Origin: Candidatus Latescibacterota bacterium | GTDB lineage: Bacteria > Latescibacterota > UBA2968 > UBA8231 | Length of the DNA stretch: 64,000 nt | Direction: 5' to 3' | Assembly: GCA_963422735.1 (NCBI GenBank) | Contig: OY730476.1 | Coordinates: 3,264,001-3,328,000 of the forward strand | In this document: positions 1 through 8,838 of the stretch, in pieces | How positions within the stretch are numbered: the first letter of the stretch is position 1 | How the letters are laid out: each line of letters begins with the position of its first letter | Notes under the pieces: model-generated | What the model saw: the letters and a program-made list of their open reading frames with translations, nothing else | Told to the model about the DNA's origin: nothing | The model's database searches: none | Program-made: the position numbers and the translations under genes

Positions 1-287
1 GGGAGGGTGCGATCGTAGAGCTGGCGGATGGTATTGGCCGGGCTGCGGGTTTGCTGGCGGGTTCGGGTGAGCGCGGCCTCGCCCTGTTGGCGGCGGGCGA
101 GGCCGCGCTCCTTTTGGATTTGGCGATTGCTCTTGTGGAGTCCGTCGCCCAAACCTCGCTTGCGGCACCAAGCCCTGTACTCGTCCTCGGATTGGAGGCC
201 TAGGGCGCGGATGTGGCTTTTGAGGTTGGCGCGGTTGTGGGCTCGCTCGATCTCGCTGCGGATATTTCTTTTGCGACGGCGCGCCAT
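1..287 (-). CDS. 5' part of a hypothetical protein running off the window, possibly PcfJ-like
   Basis: Manual translation from ATG at 287 gives MARRRKRNIRSEIERAHNRANLKSHIRALGLQSEDEYRAWCRKRGLG, open to position 1 and absent from the ORF track. The PcfJ similarity is recalled, not searched. Confidence 0.55.
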   Translation of the reverse strand, partial: MARRRKRNIRSEIERAHNRANLKSHIRALGLQSEDEYRAWCRKRGLGDGLHKSNRQIQKERGLARRQQGEAALTRTRQQTRSPANTIRQLYDRTL

Positions 288-502
288 AGCCAAGTCCCGG
301 TTTTGGGGCACCCCTTAATGAGTCGCGCAGCTAGTATAGTGTCAACAGCACCAACAACTTCAGCCGCGACCAGCGTTTTTGCAGATCGAAGACTAGCCCC
401 CTCGTGGCCCGAGGCAAGGCTTCCATCGCCGCCGAGCCGCTTGCCCGCGCCGGTATCGGCGATTTTATTTGCTCTTACCAGCCAACCCAACGCGATGTGC
501 CC

Positions 503-1147
503 ATGTTAGATCGCAATCCGATCCCACTCTTTCCCCTGCCGATAGTTGTCTTCCCCAACCAAGTCGTGCCTCTACACATATTTGAGCCGCGCTACAAACA
601 GATGCTCGCCGATGTGCGGACGGCTGACGAGCGCGGCGAGACTCTACCCATTGGCATGATTCTGGGACAGGACTGCGAGGTGCAGGGCGAGGTGGGCTGC
701 GCGATGCTGTTGGCCAAAGTGCTCGACGAGTTCGACGATGGCCGACTCAACATCATCGTCCGCGGCGCGCGGCGCTTTCGCATCGCTCGCATTGCCGAGC
801 ACAAACCCTACTTGGAAGCGTGGGTAGAGTACGTAGATGACGCCGAGGAGCCGACGGATCCAGTGCTCTTGGCTAAGGCCGTTGCGGCCTTAAAGAACTT
901 AGTGGGGCAACTCGAGGAAGTGACCGGCGCACGAGCCGAAATAGGGCCTCTGCAAAACGCCTTTCAAATGGCCCAAGTGACGGGCCTCGACCTAGGGATT
1001 AGGCAACAACTGCTGGAAATGACGACCGAAAATGGCCGCCTACACGCGCTCTGCTCGTACTTTGATCAGATGATCCCCCTGCTAGAGGCGGAGCGCAAGA
1101 TCCATCGCCTCGCGTCCTCCAATGGACATACCCAGGGCCATGAATAA
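503..1147 (+). CDS. LON peptidase substrate-binding (N-terminal) domain protein
   Basis: Motifs PLFPLPIVVFP, PLHIFEPRYKQM, DGRLNIIVRGARRFRI and RQQLLEM; start moved to ATG 503. Confidence 0.9.
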   Translation: MLDRNPIPLFPLPIVVFPNQVVPLHIFEPRYKQMLADVRTADERGETLPIGMILGQDCEVQGEVGCAMLLAKVLDEFDDGRLNIIVRGARRFRIARIAEHKPYLEAWVEYVDDAEEPTDPVLLAKAVAALKNLVGQLEEVTGARAEIGPLQNAFQMAQVTGLDLGIRQQLLEMTTENGRLHALCSYFDQMIPLLEAERKIHRLASSNGHTQGHE

Positions 1148-1152
1148 GGCTC

Positions 1153-1833
1153 TTAGTCGTCCTCGACGAAGATACTACCGGCTACTTCCAACCCCAGCGA
1201 CACCTCCTTGGCGGCATCGATCTTCAATTGCAGCGGGCCGTTAAAGGGTGCCTTGGCGGTGACTTCGACCCGGGTGCCCAAGAGCAATTGCAAATTTTCC
1301 ATATAGCGCAGCATCTGGGGGTTGCGGTCGCTGACCCGGCGGATGACCGCGGATTGGCCGTCTTGTAGCTCGGAAAGACGGCGGTACTTTGGGTGGTCGA
1401 TCTGGCCTTGCTTGGTGGGGATCGGCTCGCCGTGGGCACCGATGGTCGGATAGCCCAAAGCCTCGTCGATGCGATCTTCGAATTCCTCGGAAATAGCGTG
1501 CTCTAGACGGTCGGCCTCGTCGTCGATCTGGTCCCAAGAATAGCCCAACGCTTGGCTGAGATACAGCTCGATCAAGCGGTGATGGCGGATGGTCTCTAAG
1601 GCGATCTTCTCGCCGCTGGCTGTTAGCTCAACCCCTTGGTATGGCTTGTACATGAGCAGATTCATCTCGGCGAGTTTCTTGATCATGTTCGTCGCCGAGG
1701 CCGCAGCCACTTCCATGCGGCTGGCAATCACCGAGGTGGTGACGCGCCCGCCTTGTTTGTCGCTGTGCTGCAATTTGTAAATCGTCTTGAGATAATCCTC
1801 AATAGCCTGAGTAAGCAATCCCTTAACCTCCAA
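1153..1833 (-). CDS. mntR: DtxR/MntR-family metal-dependent repressor with C-terminal FeoA/SH3 domain
   Basis: Motifs EDYLKTIY, YKPYQGVELT, HHRLIELYL, EADRLEH and HGEPIP. Confidence 0.92.
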   Translation of the reverse strand: MEVKGLLTQAIEDYLKTIYKLQHSDKQGGRVTTSVIASRMEVAAASATNMIKKLAEMNLLMYKPYQGVELTASGEKIALETIRHHRLIELYLSQALGYSWDQIDDEADRLEHAISEEFEDRIDEALGYPTIGAHGEPIPTKQGQIDHPKYRRLSELQDGQSAVIRRVSDRNPQMLRYMENLQLLLGTRVEVTAKAPFNGPLQLKIDAAKEVSLGLEVAGSIFVEDD

Positions 1834-1890
1834 GGTAACATGCCTTGCCTCGTTTTTAAGATAGGGCCAAAAGCAGATTTAGCAATGACC

Positions 1891-1942
1891 TTGACATTTT
1901 TTTAGCTATAGCTAAATTTTGGTTTGCATGTCAACCAAAATT
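1891..1942. promoter_or_regulatory. Sigma70-like promoter overlapped by a putative MntR/DtxR operator
   Basis: TTGACA at 1891-1896 and TAAATT at 1913-1918. Perfect palindrome TTTAGCTATAGCTAAA at 1901-1916. Second inverted repeat AATTTTGGTT-N8-AACCAAAATT at 1915-1942. Lies between the divergent repressor and the ABC operon. Confidence 0.75.
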
Positions 1943-1958
1943 GGATAAGCAAGGGACC

Positions 1959-2855
1959 ATGCTCTGGATTTTCATTTTGTTGTGCGCGTTGGGTTGCGAA
2001 GCTCCCGAACGAGGAGACGAGCGGATCGAGGTGGTGTGTACCACCGGGATGGTGGCCGACCTCGCCCGGAATATCGGCGGCGACCGCATCGCGGTTGTCG
2101 GGATGATGGGCCCGGGTGTCGATCCTCATTACTACAAGGCATCGCAAGGCGATTTGGCCAAGCTGACGGGTGCGGATTTGATTCTCTTTAACGGCCTTTT
2201 TCTCGAAGGCAAGATGGCGGATATCTTCGCCAAAATGGCCCGCAGCAAGCAAGTGTTGGCCGTTGCCGAGCAAATCCCAGAAGAGCGCTTGCTGCGTCCC
2301 CCGGAATTCGAGGGCAATTTCGACCCCCACATATGGTTCGACGTATCGCTGTGGGCGCGGATGATCGAGCCGGTCGTGAACAGCCTGAGTGCGCTAGACC
2401 CGGACGGGGTGTCGGTCTATCGCCAGAACGGTGCCCGCTACCGAGCGCGCCTCGACGCGCTGCACCAATGGGTCGTCGAGCAGGTCGAGATGCTGCCGGA
2501 GGCCAGCCGCGTGCTGATTACGGCCCACGACGCCTTTGGCTATTTTGGCCGGGCTTACGGAGTGGAGGTCGTCGGCCTGCAAGGCATTTCCACGGTGGCC
2601 GATTACGGGGTCAACGACGTCACCCGGCTCGTCGATCTGATCGTGGAGCGCAAGGTCAAGGCCATATTCGTCGAAAGCAGCGTACCCGTGCGCTCGATTG
2701 AGGCGGTGCGCGAAGGGTGCTTGGACCGCGGCTTCCAAGTGGAAATAGGCGGCACCCTATACTCGGATGCGATGGGGGCCGCCGGCAGCGGTGCCGACAC
2801 GTATGTGGGCATGGTCGAAAGCAACGTCAACACCATTGTGGGAGCCTTGCGATGA
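1959..2855 (+). CDS. troA: Mn/Zn/Fe ABC transporter substrate-binding lipoprotein (TroA/MntA)
   Basis: Lipobox-like ALGC; metal-ligand motifs GPGVDPH, DPHIWFD, TAHDAFGYF and LYSDA. Confidence 0.93.
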   Translation: MLWIFILLCALGCEAPERGDERIEVVCTTGMVADLARNIGGDRIAVVGMMGPGVDPHYYKASQGDLAKLTGADLILFNGLFLEGKMADIFAKMARSKQVLAVAEQIPEERLLRPPEFEGNFDPHIWFDVSLWARMIEPVVNSLSALDPDGVSVYRQNGARYRARLDALHQWVVEQVEMLPEASRVLITAHDAFGYFGRAYGVEVVGLQGISTVADYGVNDVTRLVDLIVERKVKAIFVESSVPVRSIEAVREGCLDRGFQVEIGGTLYSDAMGAAGSGADTYVGMVESNVNTIVGALR

Positions 2856-3622
2856 GCGTTCCCCACCCCATCCAGATCCACGACATGACCATTGCCTATC
2901 ACAAGAAGCCGGTGCTGTGGGACGTAGATCTCGATGTGCCCGAAGGACAGCTCGTGGGCGTCATCGGTCCCAACGGCTCGGGCAAAAGCACCATGATCAA
3001 AGCCATTATGGACCTCGTACCCAAGGCGTCGGGGTGGGTCAAGATCTACGGCGAGGACTACAGCCAGATGCGCAAGATCATCGGCTATGTGCCGCAGCGC
3101 GAGTCCGTGGATTGGGACTTTCCCATCAGCGCGCTCGACGTGGTGCTGATGGGCCGCTACGGCCACGTGGGATGGATGCGGCGGCCGAGCAAGGAAGATC
3201 GCCGTTTGGCTTGGGAGGCCCTCGACGAGGTGGGCATGGCCCCCTTTGCCGAGCGGCAGATCAGCCAGCTATCGGGCGGCCAGCAGCAGCGGGTCTTTCT
3301 CGCCCGCGCCTTGGCCCAAGAGGCCCGTATCTACATCATGGACGAGCCGTTTGCCGGCGTGGATGCGGCGACCGAGCGTGCGATCATCGCCAGCTTAGTC
3401 GCCCTGCGCCAGCAGGGGAAAACCATCTTGGTCGTGCATCACGACTTGCAGACCGTAACCGAATACTTCGATTGGGTCATTATGCTCAACATGCGGGTCG
3501 TGGCGTCCGGCTCAACCCGCGAGGTCTTTACCGATGACAATCTGCAAAAGACCTATGGGGGCCGGCTGACCGTGCTCTCGCAGGCCGCCCAAGCCATGGC
3601 CGAGCAGCGGCGCGAGGGCTGA
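2852..3622 (+). CDS. troB: Metal ABC transporter ATP-binding protein (TroB)
   Basis: Walker A GPNGSGKST, signature LSGGQQQR, Walker B IMDEPF; ATGA overlap with troA. Confidence 0.93.
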   Translation: MSVPHPIQIHDMTIAYHKKPVLWDVDLDVPEGQLVGVIGPNGSGKSTMIKAIMDLVPKASGWVKIYGEDYSQMRKIIGYVPQRESVDWDFPISALDVVLMGRYGHVGWMRRPSKEDRRLAWEALDEVGMAPFAERQISQLSGGQQQRVFLARALAQEARIYIMDEPFAGVDAATERAIIASLVALRQQGKTILVVHHDLQTVTEYFDWVIMLNMRVVASGSTREVFTDDNLQKTYGGRLTVLSQAAQAMAEQRREG

Positions 3623-3624
3623 CG

Positions 3625-4953
3625 ATGCTAGCTGAAAACGCCCTGCGCTTCTTGAGCTTGGCCGACGCCAATGTGCGTTTTGTGCTCTTCGGCTCCCTGC
3701 TGATTGGCGCGACCGGCGGGTTGCTAGGGTCGTTTGCCGTGTTGCGACGGCGGAGCCTCGTCGGCGACGCGCTGGCGCACGCGGCCCTGCCCGGGGTGGC
3801 GTTGGCTTATTTGTGGACTGGGAGCAAGGCCCTGCCGGTGCTGCTGACGGGCGCGGCGATCTCCGGGGTGCTCGGCGTGTTGGTGATGCAGTTCATCATC
3901 AACTGTACCCGCGTCAAGGCGGATTCGGCCATCGGCATTGTCCTGTCGGTATTTTTCGGCGTGGGGATCGTGCTGTTGACCCACGTCCAGCGGGTCGGCA
4001 CGGGCAATCAGAGCGGCTTGGACAAGTTCCTCTTTGGGCAGGCGGCCTCGCTGGTGAATGACGACCTGCGCGTCATGAGCGTGCTGACGGGCCTCATCAT
4101 CCTCGCGGTGGCCTTGTTTTTTAAGGAGTTCAAGGCCCTGATTTTCGACGCGGACTTTTTGCAAACCCTCGGCTACTCGGCCCGCTGGGTCGACGCCTTG
4201 CTGATGGGGCTGATCGCGCTGACGGTGATCGTCGGCTTGCAGGCCGTGGGCGTGGTGCTGATTGCGGCCATGCTCATCACGCCGGCTGTAGCGGCTCGCT
4301 TTTGGACCGAGCAACTGCACAAGATGGTGCTGCTCGCCGCTGCTTTCGGGGGCTTGGCTGGGGTCGTCGGCACCTTCATCAGCTCCTTGGTGCCGCGGAT
4401 TCCCACCGGCCCGGTGATGGTGCTCGTCGCCACTTTGTGCTTTGTGACGTCGGCTCTTTTCGCACCCCGGCGGGGGGTGTTGGCGCGGTGGCGCAGGCAG
4501 CGGCACAACAGCCGCCGCGAGAGCCGACAGCACTTTTTGCGCGCATGCGTCGAACTGCAAGAGAAGCTGGAAACGAGCCGATCCTTGGCCGTGGAGGATC
4601 TGGCCATTGAGATGGGCCTGTCGCCGGACCGGGTGAAACGTCTCGGGCGGCGGCTCGCCGAGAAGGGACTCGTCTCCAGTCAGGACGGGCGTTTCGTCCT
4701 GACGGCCCAAGGCTCGGAGGAAGGGATTTTCGTGGTTAAATCGCACCGCCTGTGGGAACACTATTTGTATTATCGGGCCATACTCGACGCCGATCACGTG
4801 GATCGGCCCGCCGACGAAGTCGAGCACTTGCTGACGCCGGAAATCATCGTCCAGCTAGAGGACATCCTCAAGCGCGAGCAGGGGCTGGACCCGGCCCGAA
4901 TCGTCAATATCCACGGCACCGGCAGCCACTACCGCCGGGGAGGGCGCGAATGA
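3625..4953 (+). CDS. troC: Metal ABC permease (TroC) fused to a C-terminal DtxR-like domain
   Basis: ABC-3 motifs GDALAHAALPG and VGVVLIAAMLITP; tail SHRLWEHYL...HVDRPADEVEH. Confidence 0.88.
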   Translation: MLAENALRFLSLADANVRFVLFGSLLIGATGGLLGSFAVLRRRSLVGDALAHAALPGVALAYLWTGSKALPVLLTGAAISGVLGVLVMQFIINCTRVKADSAIGIVLSVFFGVGIVLLTHVQRVGTGNQSGLDKFLFGQAASLVNDDLRVMSVLTGLIILAVALFFKEFKALIFDADFLQTLGYSARWVDALLMGLIALTVIVGLQAVGVVLIAAMLITPAVAARFWTEQLHKMVLLAAAFGGLAGVVGTFISSLVPRIPTGPVMVLVATLCFVTSALFAPRRGVLARWRRQRHNSRRESRQHFLRACVELQEKLETSRSLAVEDLAIEMGLSPDRVKRLGRRLAEKGLVSSQDGRFVLTAQGSEEGIFVVKSHRLWEHYLYYRAILDADHVDRPADEVEHLLTPEIIVQLEDILKREQGLDPARIVNIHGTGSHYRRGGRE

Positions 4954-6221
4954 TCGAAGGTGCTTTCTGGATCGTGCTTACTGGCGTGTTGGTCACTGCG
5001 TCCTGTAGTCTGTTGGGCACCTTCTTGGTGCTGCGCAAGATGTCGCTGTTGGGCGACGCTTTGAGCCACGCCGTGCTGCCTGGGATCGCCGTGGCCTTCC
5101 TGCTGTCGGGCAGCCGTGCGGTGCTGCCGATGTTTTTTGGCGCGGCCGCCTTCGGTTTGGTGACCGCGCTGTTGGTCGAGTCGTTTCACCGGCGGTGGCG
5201 CGTGCAAGAAGACGCGGCTATCGGCATTGTGTTTACCGCGCTTTTCGCGCTGGGCGTGGTAATCATTACCGCGTATGCTGGTCAAGTAGATCTCGATCAA
5301 GAGTGCGTGCTCTACGGCGAGATCGCCTATACCCCTTGGGATCTGCTGCTGTGGGAAGACAAGTCGCTGGGGCCGCGGCCGGTGTGGATATTGGGCGCGG
5401 TACTTGTGATTAATCTGACTGTGATCGCGCTCTTGTACAAGGAATTCAAGATCTCCGCGTTCGATCCGGTCATGGCCATGTCGGTGGGGATCAACGCCGC
5501 GCTGATGCACTATCTCTTGATGGGTTTGGTGGCGCTGACGACGGTGGCGTCGTTTGAGTCCGTAGGCGCGATCTTGGTTGTGGCCATGCTAATCGTGCCC
5601 GGGGCCGCCGCCTATCTGTGGAGCGACCGGCTCATCGCGGTACTGGGTTTAGCCGTGCTTTTTGGGATGGCCTCGGCTGTGGCAGGTTATTTTTTGGCCA
5701 GCTTCTGGAATAGCTCCATCGCCGGTGCCATGGTGGTCGTCATCGGTGGGATATTCCTCTTTTCCCTGCTTTTTTCGCCCAATCAGGGCGTGCTGGCGCG
5801 GGTCTATCAGCGCACGCGGCTGTCGCTGCAAGTGGCGCAAGATCACATGATGCTCGCGCTGGTGCGGCGCGAGGAGGCCGGGCGCACTGGGCTGCGGCCC
5901 GCCGAGTTGGTGGAGGCGGCGGCCGTTTGGAGCCTGCTGGCACGGCTGGCGTTTGGCAATCTGCAGCGGCGGCAACTGCTGGCACAGGCGAATGGCTTGG
6001 TCGAATTGTCCGCAAAGGGCCAACAAGCCGCGCTGCGCCTGTTGCGCAATCACCGGCTTTGGGAGACCTATATGAACCATCTGGGCCTGCCCGAAGACCA
6101 CGTACACGACCCGGCCGACGCGATTGAACACTTCATCGGCAGCGAGCTGGCAGCCGAGTTGGGCGCACAAATCAGCGACGAGCAAGATCCGCAGGGCAAG
6201 CAAATTCCGCCCTCTAATTGA
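4950..6221 (+). CDS. troD: Metal ABC permease (TroD) fused to a C-terminal DtxR-like domain
   Basis: ABC-3 motifs GDALSHAVLPG, VDLDQECVLYGEI and FESVGAILV; tail NHRLWETYM...HVHDPADAIEH...DPQGKQIP. Confidence 0.88.
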   Translation: MIEGAFWIVLTGVLVTASCSLLGTFLVLRKMSLLGDALSHAVLPGIAVAFLLSGSRAVLPMFFGAAAFGLVTALLVESFHRRWRVQEDAAIGIVFTALFALGVVIITAYAGQVDLDQECVLYGEIAYTPWDLLLWEDKSLGPRPVWILGAVLVINLTVIALLYKEFKISAFDPVMAMSVGINAALMHYLLMGLVALTTVASFESVGAILVVAMLIVPGAAAYLWSDRLIAVLGLAVLFGMASAVAGYFLASFWNSSIAGAMVVVIGGIFLFSLLFSPNQGVLARVYQRTRLSLQVAQDHMMLALVRREEAGRTGLRPAELVEAAAVWSLLARLAFGNLQRRQLLAQANGLVELSAKGQQAALRLLRNHRLWETYMNHLGLPEDHVHDPADAIEHFIGSELAAELGAQISDEQDPQGKQIPPSN

Positions 6222-6234
6222 TGCCGAGGCAAAC

Positions 6235-6834
6235 GTGATCCGGCTAAAGAGCAAAGATGCAGATATCAAGAGAACCTATGCGCGAGATCTGTGGACTGCG
6301 GTGGGGTTTGTGGTCCTGTTGTTGGCCGCGGTGGTGGCGATTAATCCGCAGATTGCGTTCGATGGCAGTAGGCCCGTGCAGTGGCCTGCTATCATTGAGA
6401 TAGGTCTCGTTCCTGCAACCGAGATGCGGCTGCCCTTGCCGCTACCGGTCCGAAGTGTTGAGCCGGTGGCGTACGCGCCGCCCGTGCGCGAATATAAACT
6501 GCCGCCACCCGTGGTGGTAACCGAGTTCCCTTTGGAGAAGGAAGTGGAGGCCGCGGAGTTGTGGATGGTGGAGCTGCCGCCGAAGGTGCTTAAGAAAATT
6601 CTGCCGGCCTATCCCGACAGTGCGCGGAGAGCACTGGTGGAGGGCAAGGTCTTTGCGCGGGTGCTGGTGGGTCGGGAGGGGCGGGTCGAGCGCATCGACC
6701 GTATCGAGGGGCCGCAGGTCTTCCAGCGCGAGGTGGCGCAGGCCGCCAAGGCTTGGGAGTTTGTGCCGGCTGTGCAAAACGACCGCGCCGTCCCGGTGTG
6801 GGTCAGCTTGCCGTTTGTGTTCAAGATGGAGTAA
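6235..6834 (+). CDS. TonB-family energy transducer
   Basis: N-terminal TM helix, Pro-rich linker and TonB C-domain (PAYPDSARRALVEGKV...WEFVPAVQNDRAVPVWVSLPFVF); GTG start after GAGG. Confidence 0.85.
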   Translation: MIRLKSKDADIKRTYARDLWTAVGFVVLLLAAVVAINPQIAFDGSRPVQWPAIIEIGLVPATEMRLPLPLPVRSVEPVAYAPPVREYKLPPPVVVTEFPLEKEVEAAELWMVELPPKVLKKILPAYPDSARRALVEGKVFARVLVGREGRVERIDRIEGPQVFQREVAQAAKAWEFVPAVQNDRAVPVWVSLPFVFKME

Positions 6835-7158
6835 TCAGCCGCCAGCGCGCTTGGCCTGATAGCCGCGCTTGGCTAGCTCGGCGAGCACGACATCCACTTT
6901 GTCCCCTTGAATTTCTATTACGCGATCGACGACCGACCCGCCGCTGCCGCATTTGCGTTTGAGCTCGGAGGCGAGGGCCTTCAGTTCGGCTGCGGACAGC
7001 CGCAGGCCTGAGATCGTGGTCGCAGTCTTGCCGGCGCGGCCCTTTTTCTCGCGGCGCACGCGGGCAATGCCATCGCCGGTGGGTGCGGCGGCCTGCTTTT
7101 TCGGCTGCGGTACGCGGCCAGTATCAGAGGAATACACGAGGCGGCTGTTTTTAGCCAT
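6835..7158 (-). CDS. yciH: SUI1/YciH translation initiation factor-like protein
   Basis: Motifs LVYSSDTG, REKKGRAGK, LKRKCGSGG and IEIQGD. Confidence 0.92.
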   Translation of the reverse strand: MAKNSRLVYSSDTGRVPQPKKQAAAPTGDGIARVRREKKGRAGKTATTISGLRLSAAELKALASELKRKCGSGGSVVDRVIEIQGDKVDVVLAELAKRGYQAKRAGG

Positions 7159-7963
7159 GATTGGGGTTCTCCATCCCATGTCCCGCCGCCCGCCGCTCTT
7201 GGACCACGCGCAGGGTCTCGTCGCGCCACGCCGCAAACTCGTCGGTATCTACTGAGTCGTGCAGGGTCGCCCTTTTGGCGTAGGGCACGTAGTTGCCGAT
7301 GTGCCATAGCGTGTTGCGGTAGAGGCAAAAGTCGCCGGCGTTGAGGAAGATCTGCCGGGCACTAGGCATACTTTGTGCGTATTCGCGGCAGATAGACTCG
7401 CGTTCGGTAGCGGATTGTCCTTCGAGATCGGGCTTGGCAATGGGGCGCTTGGGGAAGCGCGCTACTTCGCACGGCAGGTCGCGGCGCAGGTGGCTGCCAG
7501 GGACGACCCAAGTGCATGAGTCGGCGTACAGGGCGCAGTTGACTTGGTTGAAGTAGCGGTCGTCGGCAAAGTGCTCGTCCCAGCGAGCCAGCTCCAAGCC
7601 GGGCATATTGTCGCGCCAGTCGCGGTGCCAGTGGGTACACCACGGCCACTCGGCTGGCTCGAAGAGTACGCCCATGACCTGCGAGCCGCCGACGCGGAAA
7701 CCTGGCGAAAACAGGCGGTGCAATGCGTCGTTGAGCGCCGGGAGCGCGGCGTAGTCGGCGAAGGGTTGCTGGTTGAGCGGGAAGTCGGCCATTGGCTGCA
7801 AGCGCTGGGTTTGAGGGCCGCGCTGTTGGCGAGCCAAGTCCCGCGCCTCGTCGCAGACTCGGCGCAGATCGGCGACTAAGGAAAGCGGGAGGATTTGGCG
7901 GAAGACCGTGTAGCCCTGAGTGCGGTACTCGTCGATGTGGCGGTCGGAAAAGACGAAAGTCAT
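7151..7963 (-). CDS. Phytanoyl-CoA dioxygenase (PhyH) family protein
   Basis: Motifs GYTVFRQIL, WHRD, VVPGSH and LWH. Confidence 0.88.
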   Translation of the reverse strand: MTFVFSDRHIDEYRTQGYTVFRQILPLSLVADLRRVCDEARDLARQQRGPQTQRLQPMADFPLNQQPFADYAALPALNDALHRLFSPGFRVGGSQVMGVLFEPAEWPWCTHWHRDWRDNMPGLELARWDEHFADDRYFNQVNCALYADSCTWVVPGSHLRRDLPCEVARFPKRPIAKPDLEGQSATERESICREYAQSMPSARQIFLNAGDFCLYRNTLWHIGNYVPYAKRATLHDSVDTDEFAAWRDETLRVVQERRAAGHGMENPNHG

Positions 7964-8050
7964 GGCAAGGGCAGTTTTTGGTTAATTTGGTGATTCGGTT
8001 ATTTCCTCTAGTACGCGCTCTCGCAGGCCCAATACCGTAGGATCGGCCAC

Positions 8051-8761
8051 TCATACGTGCGCCACGTGAAAGCCTTGGGGCGGCTCGAAGTGCTCGGCGC
8101 GTTTGCCGATATAGTGGCAGATAAAACTGCGCCGCCAGCGGTCGGCGGTCTGGTTGGGGTAGGAGCCGTGGATGGTCTTGCCGTCGAAGAAGAGGCCGTC
8201 GCCCGGGGCCATGTCGAGGCCGACGATTGCGGCTCCGGGAGGTAGCTGGCTCTGAGCACGGGTGAAGGAGATATTCGCATCGGCCTTTTCAACGGGCCGG
8301 AGTTGGCCGTGAGAGCCGGGGGCGACGACCATCTGGCCCACGGCGTCGTCGGACGGGTCGAGGGCGATCCACAGGCCGATCAGTGGCTCGGTGGTGATGT
8401 ACTGTTCGTCTTGGTGTAGACCTTGACCGCGGCCGCCGGGCGGCTTGAAGTAGAGCATGGTCTGGCGCAGGACGGGCTCGTCGTAGATGAGCTGTTCGAC
8501 CGCGGAGAGCAGATCGGGGCGGGTAGCCCAAGTGGCACTGGCGGGGTCCCAGTTGTGCATGTTGATCATGCGCGGATAGGTGTGGTTGGGGTCGTCGGGC
8601 CGGTCGTCAGTACCGCCGCTGTCGCCCGGATGGGGGCCTTGGGCGCGTAGTTCCATGTAGTGGTCAATCATGGCCTCGGCTTGGTCGGGCGCGAAAACCC
8701 TCGGCACGGTGAGATAGCCTTGGTCGCGGTAGGATTGTACTTGGGTGGCGTTGAGGTGCAT
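8051..8761 (-). CDS. Phytanoyl-CoA dioxygenase (PhyH) family protein
   Basis: Motifs YFKPPG, LHQD, WIALD, PGSH and IHGSYPN...WRR. Confidence 0.9.
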   Translation of the reverse strand: MHLNATQVQSYRDQGYLTVPRVFAPDQAEAMIDHYMELRAQGPHPGDSGGTDDRPDDPNHTYPRMINMHNWDPASATWATRPDLLSAVEQLIYDEPVLRQTMLYFKPPGGRGQGLHQDEQYITTEPLIGLWIALDPSDDAVGQMVVAPGSHGQLRPVEKADANISFTRAQSQLPPGAAIVGLDMAPGDGLFFDGKTIHGSYPNQTADRWRRSFICHYIGKRAEHFEPPQGFHVAHV

Positions 8762-8838
8762 GGCAGACTAATTCCTAAGTGATGAACGGCTGCCTCGTAA
8801 TTTAGCGAACATGATCACGGGCTTCAACCAATGACGGA

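Noticed and set aside
3724-4827. Long antisense ORFs (for example 367 aa here, also 10710-11591, 58325-59011 and 32811-33443)
   Set aside because: They shadow well-supported genes, have no motifs, and are expected from codon bias at high GC.
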